From contig RDEW01000007.1 in assembly GCA_011109175.1 (NCBI GenBank), positions 309,712-373,711 of the forward strand: DNA of 64,000 bases. Reading direction: 5' to 3'. Positions 1 through 13,611 of the stretch are shown piece by piece; positions within the stretch are counted from its first letter, which is position 1; each line of letters begins with the position of its first letter. Under the pieces are notes generated by a model. The model saw only the letters and a program-made list of their open reading frames with translations, was not told the origin of the DNA and did not search any database. Origin of the DNA: Dicyema japonicum (taxonomy: Eukaryota > Animalia > Dicyemida). Both the position numbers and the translations under genes were made by a program.

Positions 1-540
1 GACCGTATTCGTATCAAAAAATAAGAAAACTTCGTATTCAAAAATAAAATTAATTTCCAACACCACATTTTGCAAGACAAATAACAAGTCCAAGATGCCA
101 CAAACTATCGAAAGCATGGATATATCAAGGCAGACTGCGGTCGAACATCCTTTAGTTCTCAAAGTCTTCACAATTGACGCGTTAACACTGTACAAACAAC
201 CTCCACAAGAGAGATTTTTGCGAAAACCCAACTGATGCTCTTTTAACATATCATTACTTTTTATGGTTCAGGGAGTCTGTTAACTACGATTCTTTCCATA
301 ATTCTTGAAATTAGTAGTATAATGGTTATAGGCCTATGACTGGTTAAGTACCTAAGTTTCCCAGATTTATGTATCATTCTGACCTCCGTCAATATCCAAT
401 GCGAAGGTTTAAGATCCAACCTGATACTGCACGTATAGAGACATCCCAGATATTCAGAGTGCTTCATTAAATAAACGCATACCGATCTTGTTTTTTCCAG
501 GAGCATTGTCTTAGTGCATTTCACCGCATTTTCAACTTTT
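1..540 (-). mobile_element. Non-LTR retrotransposon (Jockey/I/CR1-group) reverse transcriptase remnant
   Basis: Minus-strand translation gives ...SHRPITIILLISRIMERIVVNRL, then QLGFRKNLS...CLDIS-AFDSLWH, matching the RT motifs YRPISL, QFGFR and DxxKAFD; frames are broken. Confidence 0.75.
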
Positions 541-869
541 CCAGCATTTATAGGGCTGTGATGCAGTGGTTAAGAACTAATTACTTTTTTTCTAGCTTTT
601 CCTTAAGAAAACTGAGGGACAAACGAGACAAACGCTCGTCAGAGTAAACCTTCTATATTATTGATAGTTCTTGCCTAAACAGGTTAGGAAATTCTTCTAA
701 GGATACAAGAAACCCATAATGTTTTTGCAAAAATTGAATTTTTTTTGAATATACGTCCAGTCACTTTGTTATAAACTTTCCAAAAGTTTGGGGTTTTCTA
801 TACAATTCACTGAACTATCAATAAATTATTCTTGTTAACTTTTTTCTACTCTGCGTATTTCTTATGTGA

Positions 870-1200
870 TCGTCATAATTTCCAGCTCCATGAGCCTACG
901 ATCACGTGGATCGAAACCTAGCGTAGTTTCTCAATCATTGTTTTTTTTAAAAGGACTACACATTTTTGGTGTCGAAGGAAAATTTTTGTCAACCGAATAT
1001 ACTTTAATGTTCATTTATCTATTTTCCACTGCTATTCATTCTGTTGAAGGCTCCACGCATCTACGATGTTTTGGGATTGACGACTACGCCGTTCTCAGTG
1101 TTTAAAAACTGCGGAACTGAAGTGTTTTCTGGAACTCACACACAAACAAAAAGAACAGAAAGACAAGTCAAGAAGACTTTCAATATCTTGCATATGTATC
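870..1200 (+). mobile_element. Degenerate copy of tRNA-derived SINE family 1
   Basis: Core GAAGGCTCCACGCATCTACGATGTT at 1046-1070 is shared with 21706, 23998 and 45494. It is followed by TTGACG..CGTT and an ACACACA-rich segment; a B-box-like GGATCGAAACC lies at about 909. Confidence 0.5.
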
Positions 1201-1289
1201 TTCGCTTTTTCAAATTCTATAATTCTCTAAAAGGTGTCTCGTCCCATGGCAATTCGCCTCTTGATTTCCAAGCCTCCGTCACCATTCCG

Positions 1290-2185
1290 ATTAATTAGAC
1301 ATCCCAGAAAGACAACATTATCGCAACTCTCTATTTTCTCATTCCCAATTTTTAGTTCCATTATTAGCAGTACTCATAATTTTGGTCTTCTTGATATTTA
1401 GCAATAAACCAAAGACGACGCTCTATTCTCTGAATCTTAGAATCAACTCCCTGAGGCCATCCTCTGTTTCAGCCAGTAAAGTTGTATCGTCAGCATAGCG
1501 CAAATTATTGATGTTCCTGTTTCCAATTTTCATCTCGTTTTTTGATACAGTATCCAATTTAGTCATGATTATTTCGGCATAAATATTGAACAGGATGGGA
1601 GATAATAAGTATCCTTGTCTTGCTCCTTTACCAATTTTANAACTCCCTGAGGCCATCCTCTGTTTTAGCCAGTAAAGTTGTATCGTCAGCATAGCGCAAA
1701 TTATTGATGTTCTTGTTTCCAATTTTCATCCCGTTTTTTGATACAGTATCCAATTTTGTCATGATTATTTCGGCATAAATATTGAACAGGATGGGAGATA
1801 ATAAGTATCCTTGTCTTGCTCCTTTACCAATTTTAACCAATAGGTATCTCCATAGACTGTCCTAAAAGTAGCTTCTTGATCCTTATAAATAGATTTGATA
1901 AGCAATATCAGATGGGCATCGAATTCAAATTCTTTTAAAGCGGATGTATAACGGAATCATAAGCTTTCCAACAGTCAATGAAACACATGTATACATTATT
2001 TTGGGATTCATGGGTTTCTCCATAAACCACCGGACATTTTATATATCGTCACGTGTGTCTCGTCCCTTCCTGAATCCTGCTTGGACATCCAGTTGAATCA
2101 TTTCGGCATTTGGCATTAGACGATGTTGTATTATCTTTAGAAGTATTTTGCTGACGTGGAAAATTAAAGCTATTGTACAATAGTT
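1290..2185 (-). mobile_element. RTE (BovB-like) LINE reverse transcriptase fragment; part duplicated across an N join at 1640
   Basis: Translations include QAGFRKGR, GARQGYLLSPILFNIYAE and NNLRYADDTTLLA. About 1423-1639 and 1641-1853 are near-identical copies on either side of a single N. Confidence 0.85.
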
Positions 2186-2189
2186 TAAA

Positions 2190-2260
2190 CAAGCGGTTCT
2201 CAACCTAGGGTCGATTCGACCCCCAGGGGTCTAAAATCAATCCAGATCGATCGTAAAGGG
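2190..2260 (+). mobile_element. hAT (Charlie-type) terminal inverted repeat remnant
   Basis: CAAGCGGTTCTCAACCTAGGGTCG resembles the hAT end CAGCGGTTCTCAACCT; the partner end was not found. Confidence 0.45.
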
Positions 2261-2590
2261 GTCGAAAATGAAATACTTGGAGGTTGAAAATAAATTTAAT
2301 ATATTTAATTTTTTTCATTTTAAATTAAGTTATTTTATTTTTAAAGTGGTAAACCTATGTTCTTTAAAATTTTTAAAATTACCATGCTTGTTTTTGTTTG
2401 TGTTTGAGTCGTCTTTCTACATTAAAAATTTGTCAATATAAAATGAATATTTGGCATTTGGATTTATAAAAAAATTTTTTGATAATAGACCATATTGCTT
2501 ACTGTGTAATAAGTAGGGCAATTTAAGTGCTAAATGATATTATTATTTTTATACTTATTTTAATATAAAATTGAATTTGGAATAATTATT

Positions 2591-2939
2591 TATTTATAAC
2601 AATAAAATCGTTCTAAAGTCCAGCGGATATGATCGAGTGGCTGTTACCTCTGACTACTGCCAGGGATATCCTTTGGAAAAGCCACTCGGTTTCCCGACGC
2701 TCCCTCGAGGCTTTGGTCAATAGACACCCAAGTGCTCTAAGGAAAGAGACCGTCTTGGGGCCAAAGACTCCGCTCGTCTCGACGACCACTGGCTGTACAT
2801 GGAAACGGTTTAGGAGGCTGCTGTATTTCTTTATTTTCGAGTTTTCATATAAACGGGCGGCCTCTCCCGCTTTCATTGCCGACCTCAAAAGTTTCGACTG
2901 GGAAAAGCTGTCAGTACAGGCAGCATCCCAAATTAAGCA
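2591..2939 (-). mobile_element. 5'-truncated 3' end of a CRE-type non-LTR retrotransposon (restriction-like endonuclease)
   Basis: Encodes CLIWDAACTDSFS...KKY...VVVETSGVFG...QRISLAVVRGNSHSI, the typical RLE C-terminus. Nearly identical to about 22661-23008. Confidence 0.85.
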
Positions 2940-3420
2940 AGCCTTCTCTTTTCTCTCTTTACGACTTCTAATTTCCCTTCGTTTAAGCCTCTTACGTTCC
3001 ATGTTGCGAAATTGTGAGATTCTGTGTAACTGAAAACTCGAGATTTGATTTTTTGCAGCAACGTTGCTTCCAATTAGATCGTAGGAGAGTTTGCTCATAA
3101 GATTTTCTTGGCATTTAAATACAGGGTAAGTTGCCAGGTCTTTCCCATCAACAGCTCTTATTTTGGGATAAGTTTCAGAAAATGTATAAGCACAACAACA
3201 CGTGGTGGGTTTAAGTAATATAAATAACATAAATAATGTTAACTATGATTAGACTAAACTAAACTAATATATCCTTCTTCTTTTACGGGGATATTCACCA
3301 GCCATCCACATGACTTCCACTTCCTCTCAGACTTTGGGTCCACCGCTTCGCTAATGTAATGAGTTTCTCACTCTTCCAGTCGCCTCGACGCGCAAAGGAA
3401 TTTCGTCAATTGGTGTCTTG

Positions 3421-3622
3421 ACTCGATGTTTGTGCTCGACATTAATACTTTCTAATGTCATCTTTAAAATCACTGATTGAATATACGCTCTCATTGGCAA
3501 ATCCATCGACAGAGCTTTCAAACTCGATGTTTGTGCTTGACATTAATACTTTCTAATGTCATCTTTAAAATCACTGATTGAATATACGCTCTCATTGGCA
3601 AATCCATCGACAGAGCTTTCAA
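3421..3622. repeat. Tandem duplication, 101 bp x2
   Basis: The unit ACTCGATGTTTGTGC...CAGAGCTTTCAA occurs at 3421-3521 and 3522-3622 with one visible substitution. Confidence 0.9.
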
Positions 3623-3802
3623 ATGATTTCTATAGCACGTGGAGATAATCCAATGTCAAAACCACTTTTTTCCATAATCCTCCACGATACATATACTTTT
3701 TTTTGTTGTAGAACTATCATTTCATGTCTCGGTTTTTGTCACAGCAGACTGCCCTTGTTTTATAACATTGAACTTTTGAAGACTATCTACAAGACGGTAA
3801 GG

Positions 3803-4400
3803 CAGGGGTTCCCAAACTTATTCAGGTCATCGCCCCCTTTAACAAACTTTTAAAAAATATCGCCCACCAGGAAAACCTATGTGTAACGAGTTGGAAATAT
3901 TAATGTGAACAATGATGGTGCAAAAAGTTAGACACAAGTTTCTCAATATTTGGGTTCATGTTTGTAAGCCTAATCCGTAGATCTCCTCTTTCTACAATGT
4001 CCAAGCGGTTTCTCCTTTAGCTGTGATACAATACTGAAGCCTCTCTCAATCAAATAAGAAGTGAGGAAAGCAAAAAAAAACAATTTTGATTTTTTCCATA
4101 ACATAGGATATTTCTCAGGAATATCTTTTTTAACCAAAAATCTTGATACGACGGGTGTTTAATAGTGGGTTTAATTTCAAAATCGTTTTTTAACATAATT
4201 CATCTTGACAACAACATTCAAAGTCACATACATTCTGAAAGGGCTATCACCAATCTGGAACTAGTTCACATAAATCTTTGAAACGTCCTTTTATATCTTG
4301 TTCAAGAGTGATCAAATGTTCAATATAAATTTCAAAATCATCTTTAGAAAGGAAGTCTTTAAGACCGTTGAGACGTGGAAATTGGATTAATTCTTTCCTG
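3803..4400 (-). mobile_element. hAT (Buster/ZBED8-like) transposase 3' end with terminal inverted repeat
   Basis: TIR-like CAGGGGTTCCCAAACT at 3803. The minus strand reads KYPMLWKK..FAFPTSYLIERGFS..RLDIVERGDLRIRLT (hAT dimerization domain) with stops. Confidence 0.8.
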
Positions 4401-4489
4401 CCAATATTCCTACAAAATAAAAGTAGTTTCGAAATAAAAGCAGAAATAAGTGACTTTGCCTAAATTAATTTAAAAAATAATTATGTTAT

Positions 4490-4810
4490 GTTATCCAATT
4501 AAGTCGTGTCCGACCCTTGGAGATCTCATGAACAGTTTCTCCACTCTCCTCGATCCGTTGCAATTTGAGTAGCCTTGATATAGGCATTCCCGTGACGTCT
4601 TCGACCGTGAATAGCTACCGAGTCCTCGATCGACCAGGTCTTCTCTTCCCAGTAATATTGCTCAGCATAATGGTTCTTTCCAGGGAGTCAGAGCGGACAA
4701 TATATCCAAAGAACGCCAATCTGTGTTTTACGATTCTTCTTTGTTTTTACCGTCCGTCTCCACCCGTTTGAGTACATCGGTGTTTGTTATTTTGGAAGTC
4801 CAAGGGATTC
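4490..4810 (-). mobile_element. RTE LINE 3' end
   Basis: The minus strand reads LAFFGYIVRSDSLERTIML...GKRRPGRSRT and ends in GGTCGGACACGACTT, the BovB-like 3' terminus. Confidence 0.75.
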
Positions 4811-5210
4811 TTAGTAACCTCTCCAGCATAATACCTTGATTAAATTAATATCAGCAAATTGTAATTTCACAAGTTCATTAAACTTAGCAAAAATATCCGC
4901 TGAGTAAGCCACATCATGTTTAACGGATTCTGTTCTGGGCCAATTTGAGACGAATTGAGAAATTCTACAACAGTGCTGAAAAGAAAGAAAATCCGCGCCA
5001 AACAGTCGCCCTTTGATAACCACCGGACTTCAGTATGTAATAATAGTCGTATAAAATCTTCATCATTTTCAATACATAGCTCACGACAAAGACGTGAATT
5101 TAAAAAGTTGGATTTAATTTTGTTAATAGCAGAAATAACTGTATTGAGAGAGTCATGTAGACGACCATTTGTATTTTAGCCACCAGATGCTGTCGATGGA
5201 TCACGAAATT
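4811..5210 (-). mobile_element. hAT transposase core fragment
   Basis: The minus strand reads SRLCRELCIENDEDFIRLLLHTEVRWLSKGDCL, containing the HTEVRWLS motif of Buster/ZBED hAT transposases. Confidence 0.8.
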
Positions 5211-5217
5211 AATAGTC

Positions 5218-5900
5218 CAGAGGTTGTCAAACAGTGTGCCGCGAGACAATTTCTAGTGTGCCGCCTGCCAAATACAAATTTGAATAAATTTATATACATT
5301 TTTTGACCTAATTAATTTAAAAAGATAAACAAATTAAAATAATTACTAAAATTAAAATAATCATTTTTATTATATATTAAATGACATTTACATTGGTTAA
5401 CCCTTATTTATTATTTTTTTAATAACGTGCGAATCAACGTGCTTATGAATAAATCAGTTCATCTTTCTTATAAAGATTCTTATTTGTCATTTGGATTTAT
5501 ATGCAAAGATAAAAATAACCTACCTCGGTGTCTAATTGCATGGAAGTCTTGGCAAATGATGCTATGGTTCCTAGCAAACTAAAGAGACATTTTACTTCCA
5601 AGTATCCGGACTATTCCGAAAAATCTGTGGATTATTTTATCCATCTGAAAAAAACAACACAAGTATTATTTAGTTTTTACTATGAATCGTAGATCTAGTC
5701 AAATGATGTTCAGTGAACTTTTGTAAACATAGAGAATCATTGAAATGTTCATACCTGATCTCAGAATTGATAGCAAAACAACCAAAACCTCACACTATTG
5801 GTGAAAACTTGATAATCCCTGCTTGTCGTATTATTGCTCGGACTATGTTTGGTCATAAATATGAACAAAAAATAATGAAGATACCTTTGTCAACCATTCG
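5218..5900 (+). mobile_element. hAT (ZBED5/Buster-like) 5' end with TIR and N-terminal transposase remnant
   Basis: CAGAGGTTGTCAAAC..GTGCCGCG terminus; translation includes CMEVLANDAMVPSKLKRH and KPHTIGENLIIPAC. Confidence 0.75.
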
Positions 5901-6299
5901 ATTTGATATTGATGATAACAATAATAATTAAGATTTCATATTTTTATTAATAAAAATTTGGCCATTAAATTACCAATTTTTGTACTTACTCCCGCGTTAC
6001 CCATAAACACATGAATACTTCGAGTTCCGCTTGTGCTGTACTCTTTACTCTCCGTTTTAACTCTTTTCTCCAGCACTTTCCTCCAAGATCGTTTCCTCAG
6101 TTCATCCCTTTTATTTGCACAGTACAATATTTTTAAAAATCTTTTAAGCATCAAGGTCTTTTACTATGCTCAATAACAAAACTTTACTATTTATTGTTGC
6201 ATTATCACAAAACTATAGTGATCCTCATTTCGATTGCTCTATTTTATATGAAATTGTTCTAAAGCAATACTTCAAGGTTAACTCCTTTTAACTTATATT

Positions 6300-6952
6300 T
6301 TGTCAATTCAAATTAATATCATCTTGCGTTAACCTGTGAAAACTTTTAGTTCAAGATTAAATTTTCCTTTAAATCCAAGTAGCCTTTACGAAATTCAAGA
6401 TCATTGATTCTACCTTTTCACCAAATACCTAAGCTTTTCAAATAATGATATCTTCGGTAACAAAGCCATTAATTAGATCATCTTTAAAATTCATTCAACA
6501 AGTGAATTATCAAGTTGATGATGTTTACTACGTTCTTGACTTGTTAACCGTATAGTTTCAGTTTTTCAAATTTTGCACGGTTTTTAAGAATTTATAAAAG
6601 CGTCTAAATTCCAAAATAAAAATTCATTTTTATTTCACAGATATGGGATAATTCTGAGAGTCATTTTGATGTGTTTTTTATTTCACAAATCATTATTTGT
6701 GCAATAGAAATTTCAAATCTCTTCCTAACCACGTAGCACTGCAAGATTTAAATTTAAAATGTAAATTCATTTAAATGTAAAATAAAAACAAATAAATTAA
6801 TCCGAAATTTTTAATAAATGTCTTTCGGATTATGAAGTGTCGGTTTATTGAAGCCTGTTTCTATGGAAAGTAAAATTTTGCTGACTCATCAAAAAACTCG
6901 GATTTTGAAGTTATCGAATTATTAAAGTTCGGATTAATGGGGGTTTACTGTA
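6300..6952 (-). mobile_element. pogo/Tigger-like transposon 5' end
   Basis: TIR TA-CAGTAAACCCCCATTAATCCGAACT on the minus strand and a CENP-B HTH-like remnant (VTEDIII..GEKV); homologous to 49700-50287. Confidence 0.65.
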
Positions 6953-6999
6953 TATTCCTCTAATTTTCATCCACATATTTTTCACTCGTACGTCCAGGA

Positions 7000-8300
7000 A
7001 AAGGAACTCACACAATTCTTGGGATATGATCTTAAGGTTAAGAACCTTAGAACAACCCGTTCCCGCAACCGAATAGACTTCCATTTAATGACAAGAGAAC
7101 AATATCCCTCAATATGATTGGTGGATCTGGGACTTCCACTGATTAGGGGTTCTGACAGTATTCCCTTAGTTCAAGTAATTGGTAACATTTTTTATTGTCA
7201 GAGGTTCGGTTAGTATTCACGGCCGACATTATAGCGTCTATTTGGGTTGAAAAATCACATTTTATGGAGCGTGTAGATTTTCCCAAACACTTTCAAAAAG
7301 CCGCAACTTTAACCCACTTAATGGGTCGAAACACCTTTTAGTTATGTCTTTTGTTCTTCTTTCTTCCAAAGCAGTCTTCGCTGAAAAGCAACCACCATAA
7401 CAAGCCAAATGAACAACTGTCCCAGTTAATGCATTTCCTTATACTGTTCTTAGCCAAAAAAGAGTTCATATTGTGCTCTCCACCAAAAATTAAGTACCTT
7501 TCCTTTCCCTTGCAGAAATGCGCAATATGGCCGAATTTTTGGCATCGGAAGCACCTAGTTACCGTTTTCATGTACGATTCAAAACGAACTCTTTGGTACC
7601 AAAGACCACCCCCCAGTCTCACAAGTGACATAGCTTCTTCCTTAGACTTCAAAGTTAATTTTCCAACAGGTAGACTGCGCCCGTCCTTCGTGAAATGTTG
7701 GAAAGAAAAACCGAATCGTAGAGTTTCTGTAAAGTCATCATTTGATATCCAAGAAGAAATTCTTTCACAACAACAGTGAAGTATATAGGACGAAAGTGGT
7801 AAAAACATGTCCATCAATACCAAATGGGGAGTTCAAACCAAAGTCATCGACACAAGCGTCCATATCCTCTTTTGAGGCAAATTCAATTGTGACTATGCCT
7901 GTTCTCCTTAGCATAATTCGTTCCTTACTCACAGTCGCTGAGTTTGGTAGATTGTTAAAACGTTTAATCCGTCCAAAAGCCATGTTTTAATTTCTAGATT
8001 CACTACAAGCGAATCATAGGTCAAGATAGACGAAACACTTTGTCCCGACACGACATCCACATATAGTTCATTGGTGGGTATTCCAATCCCCTTCTTGGAT
8101 TTAGACTTTGCTTGCCGGTTTTATCTTCATTATCGAATTTCCCTTCTTGGTTTGTCGAAACTTTGCCACACATAACTCAATGATTATACAAACCAACACC
8201 ATTTTCTCTCCTTGCATATAAAAACTACTTCCCTCGTCGATATGAGAGTGATGGCAGAATAATTAGACGAAAAGTATCTCAAGAAATCTTGAGCTTTCTC
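7000..8300 (-). mobile_element. LINE ORF1 (gag-like CCHC nucleic-acid-binding protein) remnant
   Basis: ORFs 7765-7983 and 7338-7823 contain RCFRCQKFGHIAHFC (zinc knuckle), preceded by the typical ORF1 region. Confidence 0.75.
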
Positions 8301-9050
8301 AGACACAGCATCCCTTAAAAGGTTTTTTTTCTCATGTCTTGACTGTAATCGCATTTACGTCCAAATAGTACACCCGGATAGCAGACTAGAAGACACTCTT
8401 CATCCCCGTAATGTATAATCAGAATGGAATTTTCTGAGATTGGAAATACGAATGGCGCTTGTCTTCTCGGTAGATAGGTTCAGAGCTCTTGTTCTGCATT
8501 AACCACAACACGGTTTTTTTCAGGATAAATGACCGCATCTCGACTGTGGGAAGTCTACCATAAAACGGTAAAAAAACTCGGGCTCTGAAGATTACAAATG
8601 ACAGTTGATGGTAACCAGTCCAACATGGTAGCAAATCCAGGATGTCATATATCTCCGAATTTATGGAAGCCAAACTGATTCCGGCTAAGATTTTTTTTTG
8701 ATTTACCAAATTTCAAAGTCTCTTGTGATTATATTCTCAATTATCTTTGGTAGTGAACAAATCGGAATTATGTCAGTTGTTCGAAGGGTTGTTCTGTGGT
8801 TCCCCTTTTTTTCTTCAATTTTGGAGTACAAGTATCGGATCCTACGTGTATTCTTGAAATACCAAAATAAAACTGCATCGCTAAACAACATTTTTAAGAC
8901 ATGGGGGTTCCTATATTTGTATCAACTAATGGCTCAAGTAATTCTCCATAGAATAGCAGCAAACGAGCACAGTAATATTCCCTCCCCCCATTTAATACAA
9001 AAAAGGCATAGGCTTCAACATAAGATGTAGTCTTCATTTATCAAACCCAT
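8300..9050 (-). mobile_element. Highly decayed LINE RT remnant
   Basis: The minus strand reads IPICSLPKIIENII followed by NQFGFH; many stops. Confidence 0.4.
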
Positions 9051-10626
9051 AAAGAATTAATCCTCATGTTGAAATCGCATTTCCGATTTCGTTGACAACT
9101 CCCTGCCACTAAAAACAACCCGTTCGAAGAACTCGAGAGGAAAACGGAAGCCCAGTTGAAAACTCTAATTTCCAAGAGGAAATGCGAATCGTGAGAGGAA
9201 ATGCGTTTTCGATTTTGAGAGCAGCCATACATATTTTTGTCGACCTCGTAGCTTCAATTATAAAAATATAAAGCCGTAGATTTAGACGTTATATCACTAC
9301 TTCTAGTCGATATCCTAGTTTAAGTAGCCTGCATTATCTTGCAGCAAATGTACCACGATAGTCAAAATCCACAAATTACACAGATCGACACATAAAATGG
9401 TCGCACAGTAGACTTAACAATCAAGACATTACAGTTTTTTCTTATTTAGGATACAACGGAGGCAATGGTACCACATCTTTCTAATAAACCATCTCCTATC
9501 TACACTATAGACCTAGTTTTTTTTAAATACCAAATCTGAGTCCGGGGTCAAAAAGGGTTCTTTCTTTTTCGATTTTCGCTAGAATATGGAATGTGTAAAT
9601 CTTTGTAGATTACTATCATTTGGTTACTTTAAGAAAGTCCTAATTACTTACACTTTTTTCCGTTTCTCACTGAGATTCTGGAGAGAAGCCAAAACCCTTG
9701 TCACTAAAATCGTTGTCAAGTAAAATTTTCCTTCTCTATCCCAGCAGTGACGTGGTTTTTCACTCATTTATTACCAAAATGCCCAGGAATGTTTGCTTAC
9801 CCAAAAATCAATTTTTCCTAAAAAACAGATCAATTTTGTAGACTCTGCTTTATTTATTGACCAGAAGTTGCTAACTTTGAGACCTGTTGTTATTATGGAA
9901 CAACCGCCAGTAAATATTGACTTCCATGTTTGAAGATAAAATATCCACGACTGGCATCTTCCTAGTGGTTTTATCCACTTCCCCGAATGGGACCCGTCCT
10001 TTTCAAGCATCATGTCCACTCATATTCAATTGTGAAAATTCCTCCACTGGAATATGAATGGTAGAGATGACGAGGAGGCACTGGTCTTATCCTGAGTTAA
10101 CTGGGAGTTTCTTAAGAATTGAAGAAGGCAGAGAAGAAAGGAATTTTTCGGTTTGTAAATAGAATCTAAAGCTAGCAACACGTGCGATAACTCTAAATAC
10201 TGCATGCCTGATCAATTAGAAGTTCATTCCTAGATGAGGTCTTCTCTTCACTTGAATTTTTACGTCACTATTTATGCACATAAAAATCACAGGACTCAAG
10301 ACTCAATGAAACTAAGAGCAAGACCCCAGATCCTACCTCCATAAGACAGTTCCATTGTTCATAACAAAGGTTGTTACATGTCTTTTGAGTTTTAACCTCT
10401 CGGCGAACAGGTCAATAATTATGCCTGCGTAAGAACTGACCCAGTTGATTGAATGTAAAACGATTAATCCTAACGAGAAAGGAATGGAAGTGGTAAACTA
10501 ACAGCCATATCATCATGAAGATCAATTAGCAATCAAAAAAGTAAATTACATTAAAATATGCAAAAAATCTTAAAATATGCGACCTTTGGAAATATAAATT
10601 AAACAAGACAGCGTATTTACTTTATT

Positions 10627-12482
10627 ATGTCGGAGTCTATTGACAGAGATGATGATGGATTTGATGAGGAGACCCTAATTGAAATGTTATCCCCAGTCCA
10701 GGCGCCAGAAGGAGGCCACGGATGGTTGATCGTGTCTATCTGCTCGTTCATTTCGTTTTTCTACTCGTGATTAACTGGCTCGATTGGAATAATAATTAAT
10801 GAAATAATTAATCATAGTTACAATATTACCTTAGTACATCCTAGCATAATTCCAGCTGCACTATTCTCGCGGGAAACCTAATTGGTAATCCAATTTGTTT
10901 TTATTTTAGCCTTCAGCTATTCTTCTTAAGTATACCACACCAAAGATTCTGGTGATAAGTTCAGGGTTGCTTTTGTCTATTTCGCTTATTTCAACATATT
11001 TCGTCGGTATATACGAACTGTATTTTCTGACAATATCGATATTACCAGGTATTTGTTTAATACACATTAGGAATTGGCTTTGGGATGGCCTTCTTCGCTT
11101 CCAATGCTCAACTCAGTGTTTATTTTAATTTAAGAAACGACCTATTGCCATCGCTGTTATTTCTGTTGTGCGAGGAATCGGTGCATTTGTCACCCCAATC
11201 GTAATCAAAAAACTATTCATCAATTTTACATTCAATTTGATTATCGCAATCTTTGGATCTTTCACTTCTATCATCTTATTATTGGGATTTTTTATTAGTC
11301 CCCCTAGACTATCACACAAAGACGGATCTGATGTCAAAGAATACGCCTCTAAAATGGTCAAAAAATACTGCCAAGACCATCAAAGTGAGGAACAGAGAGG
11401 ACAAGAAAATGCCAAGCCTAAAAAGTATTTTTTGGTTTATCATCAGAAATGTTCAAAGAATAAGACAAAGATACACTTCCACCTGAAGGAACCGATTCAA
11501 GGTGATGTTTATGAAAATATGGATGTCAATAAAATGTGGACGAATTTGTTTGCAAAATTACGAGAAAAGAATAAATCTGACCAATCCATAGAAAAAGTAA
11601 TGACTAAATGGCTAAAATGTGCATTATTGAATCCCGTTAATCGAATGGATATGCTTTTGGAGAATAGTCGTAAAACTATACCCGTGGATAGATCTGGCAA
11701 TATTGGAAAATGTTCTAGCTTTCTTAAAACCAAAAATTCAAAAATCATACAAAAACCAAAAAATAGTCCATAAAAAAGTAAAAAAAACAGCCGATGAACC
11801 GAATAAGATATTTATTTTCTTACTCGCTTTATCTTCTTTTATATTTCATTTGGTGTTCAGAATTCCTTTAGTATTCACTCAAATGTACTACCTTGAATTG
11901 TCGGACAGAAATGTATATACTTCCATTTATTTTCCGGCATGTATTGGTGGGAATTTCTCGGTGTTAATATATAGGAATTGGGACTATGGTCGGGCAGTTG
12001 TTCTCCGCTTTTTTGTCGGTTAAGTTTAACTTTAAACCTTATCCAATGATGTTCATATCGATGGTTGTGTCCTCTGTGGCGTATTTGGTTTTCTCTTTCA
12101 TTGGAGGTAATTTTACGGCATTAATTGTTGTCTGCGTTATTTTCGGAATATCTTCTGGTTATTTCCCGTCTATAAAACTTTAGGTGTGATTGGGAATACA
12201 TTCCAACTGATCGTTTCGGATTACTCTGGAATGACTAATTTCACGTTGATTTATTCGATGGTAATTGTAAGTAATGGAATCTCTACCTTTGTTGGTCTCT
12301 ACGTTACAGGTTAGATCATTAATTAAATAGGATTCATATATATTCGGCAACTTCTTGAATTCTCCATAATCTTTATTATTTCGTTCTTGATTAGTGTGGC
12401 TTCTACTATAATATATTCGGTGATATTTATTATTAAAAAGTGTTCACGAAGAAATAACTCGAGTACTCCTGAAGGGGACTGA
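10627..12482 (+). CDS. Monocarboxylate transporter (SLC16/MCT-like MFS); 4 tiny introns (10885-10909, 11049-11070, 12158-12183, 12310-12330)
   Basis: APEGGHGWLIV matches the MCT signature PDGGWGW. It has hydrophobic TM segments, GIGFGMAF, a long central loop and a second TM bundle. The model needs several single-base indel corrections and has an in-frame TGA at 10768. Confidence 0.8.
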
Positions 12483-13611
12483 TAACAAGGCTTTCTTTAT
12501 TATTTGATTTAGTTTGAGAATTTTTGTTTTTTCTATTTCATATTTGTAGTACTCTCCATAAATTGGATCTTTAGGAAAAGACTAACTCTGACTAACTCTA
12601 AATATTTTCCACCTATAAATGGAATATGTCTAGAGTATAGCCTCGCGAGTCCCACTCTGACAGCCACTAGGAGCAACCACCAGAAGCCATGATCTAAGGG
12701 GTTCTGTCCCGAAAACTTTTCGTTCAGGTAATATCCGTCCTCTGTTATACTTTATTATTGAGAAATAACTTTCTTCAATCTCAACGACCATTCCTTCACC
12801 ACCTAAAATAATTTAAATTTTATCTCACCAATTTTCCCTCTTTGACGACGTGTTAGCGATAACATTACACGCCTATGACCAATCAACTGTTGTATGCATG
12901 ACACATTCGAGATTTTCCTCACAGAGTTTCAGTGAAGAAATATACGAACCTAATCACCCCAGTTCCCTCTAATCATGTTCCTGTAACATTCAGTGATATA
13001 AATACCACCTCTCAATGGTTAACTAGGTCGACACTCTCCTTTATGCCAATACCTGTTAGCTACCCTTACTTGACTTAGCATGTCCTGGCTGATAACTTTT
13101 CTTTTGGCAGAATGTTAAATTCTTGTAAGAAGATGATAGCTTCTGTGTGATTTTGGGGGAGGTTGAATAATGTAATCTAATGTTTTTATTAGTGAGGAAA
13201 ATGGCGTGAAATATTTTATTTAACAACCCACTACCACATTAAAGCCAAAATAATTATCACGTGATCCCGATGCATTCCAACAGAGACCTCATATTTGTTC
13301 GGTGTTCTTCCCTCGTGCCCGCGCATAAAGGTACAGGACGACTGACTGATTTTCGGGTCCACATTCCGTAATCTGGAGTCTTGGGTCATAAGGACTTCTA
13401 GAGTCATGGTTGGTTCGATGATCTTCACAAATCCAACGCTCCTAGACATGAGATTTATTTCAGTCCTCCGATGCATTCACGTTCCCTTAGGAAATTGGTG
13501 ATCCAAGCTTGAGCTTCCCTGGGATCTCCGATTGAAGTATTTTTCTCGATAGTATCTTCTTGAGACTGAATCAAACTCTTTGTAAATATTTAAATTTTAA
13601 TTAAAGTAATC

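Noticed and set aside
1423-1853. Apparent tandem duplication within the RTE RT
   Set aside because: The copies abut a single N at 1640 and differ by a few SNPs, which fits overlapping contig or haplotype ends better than biology.
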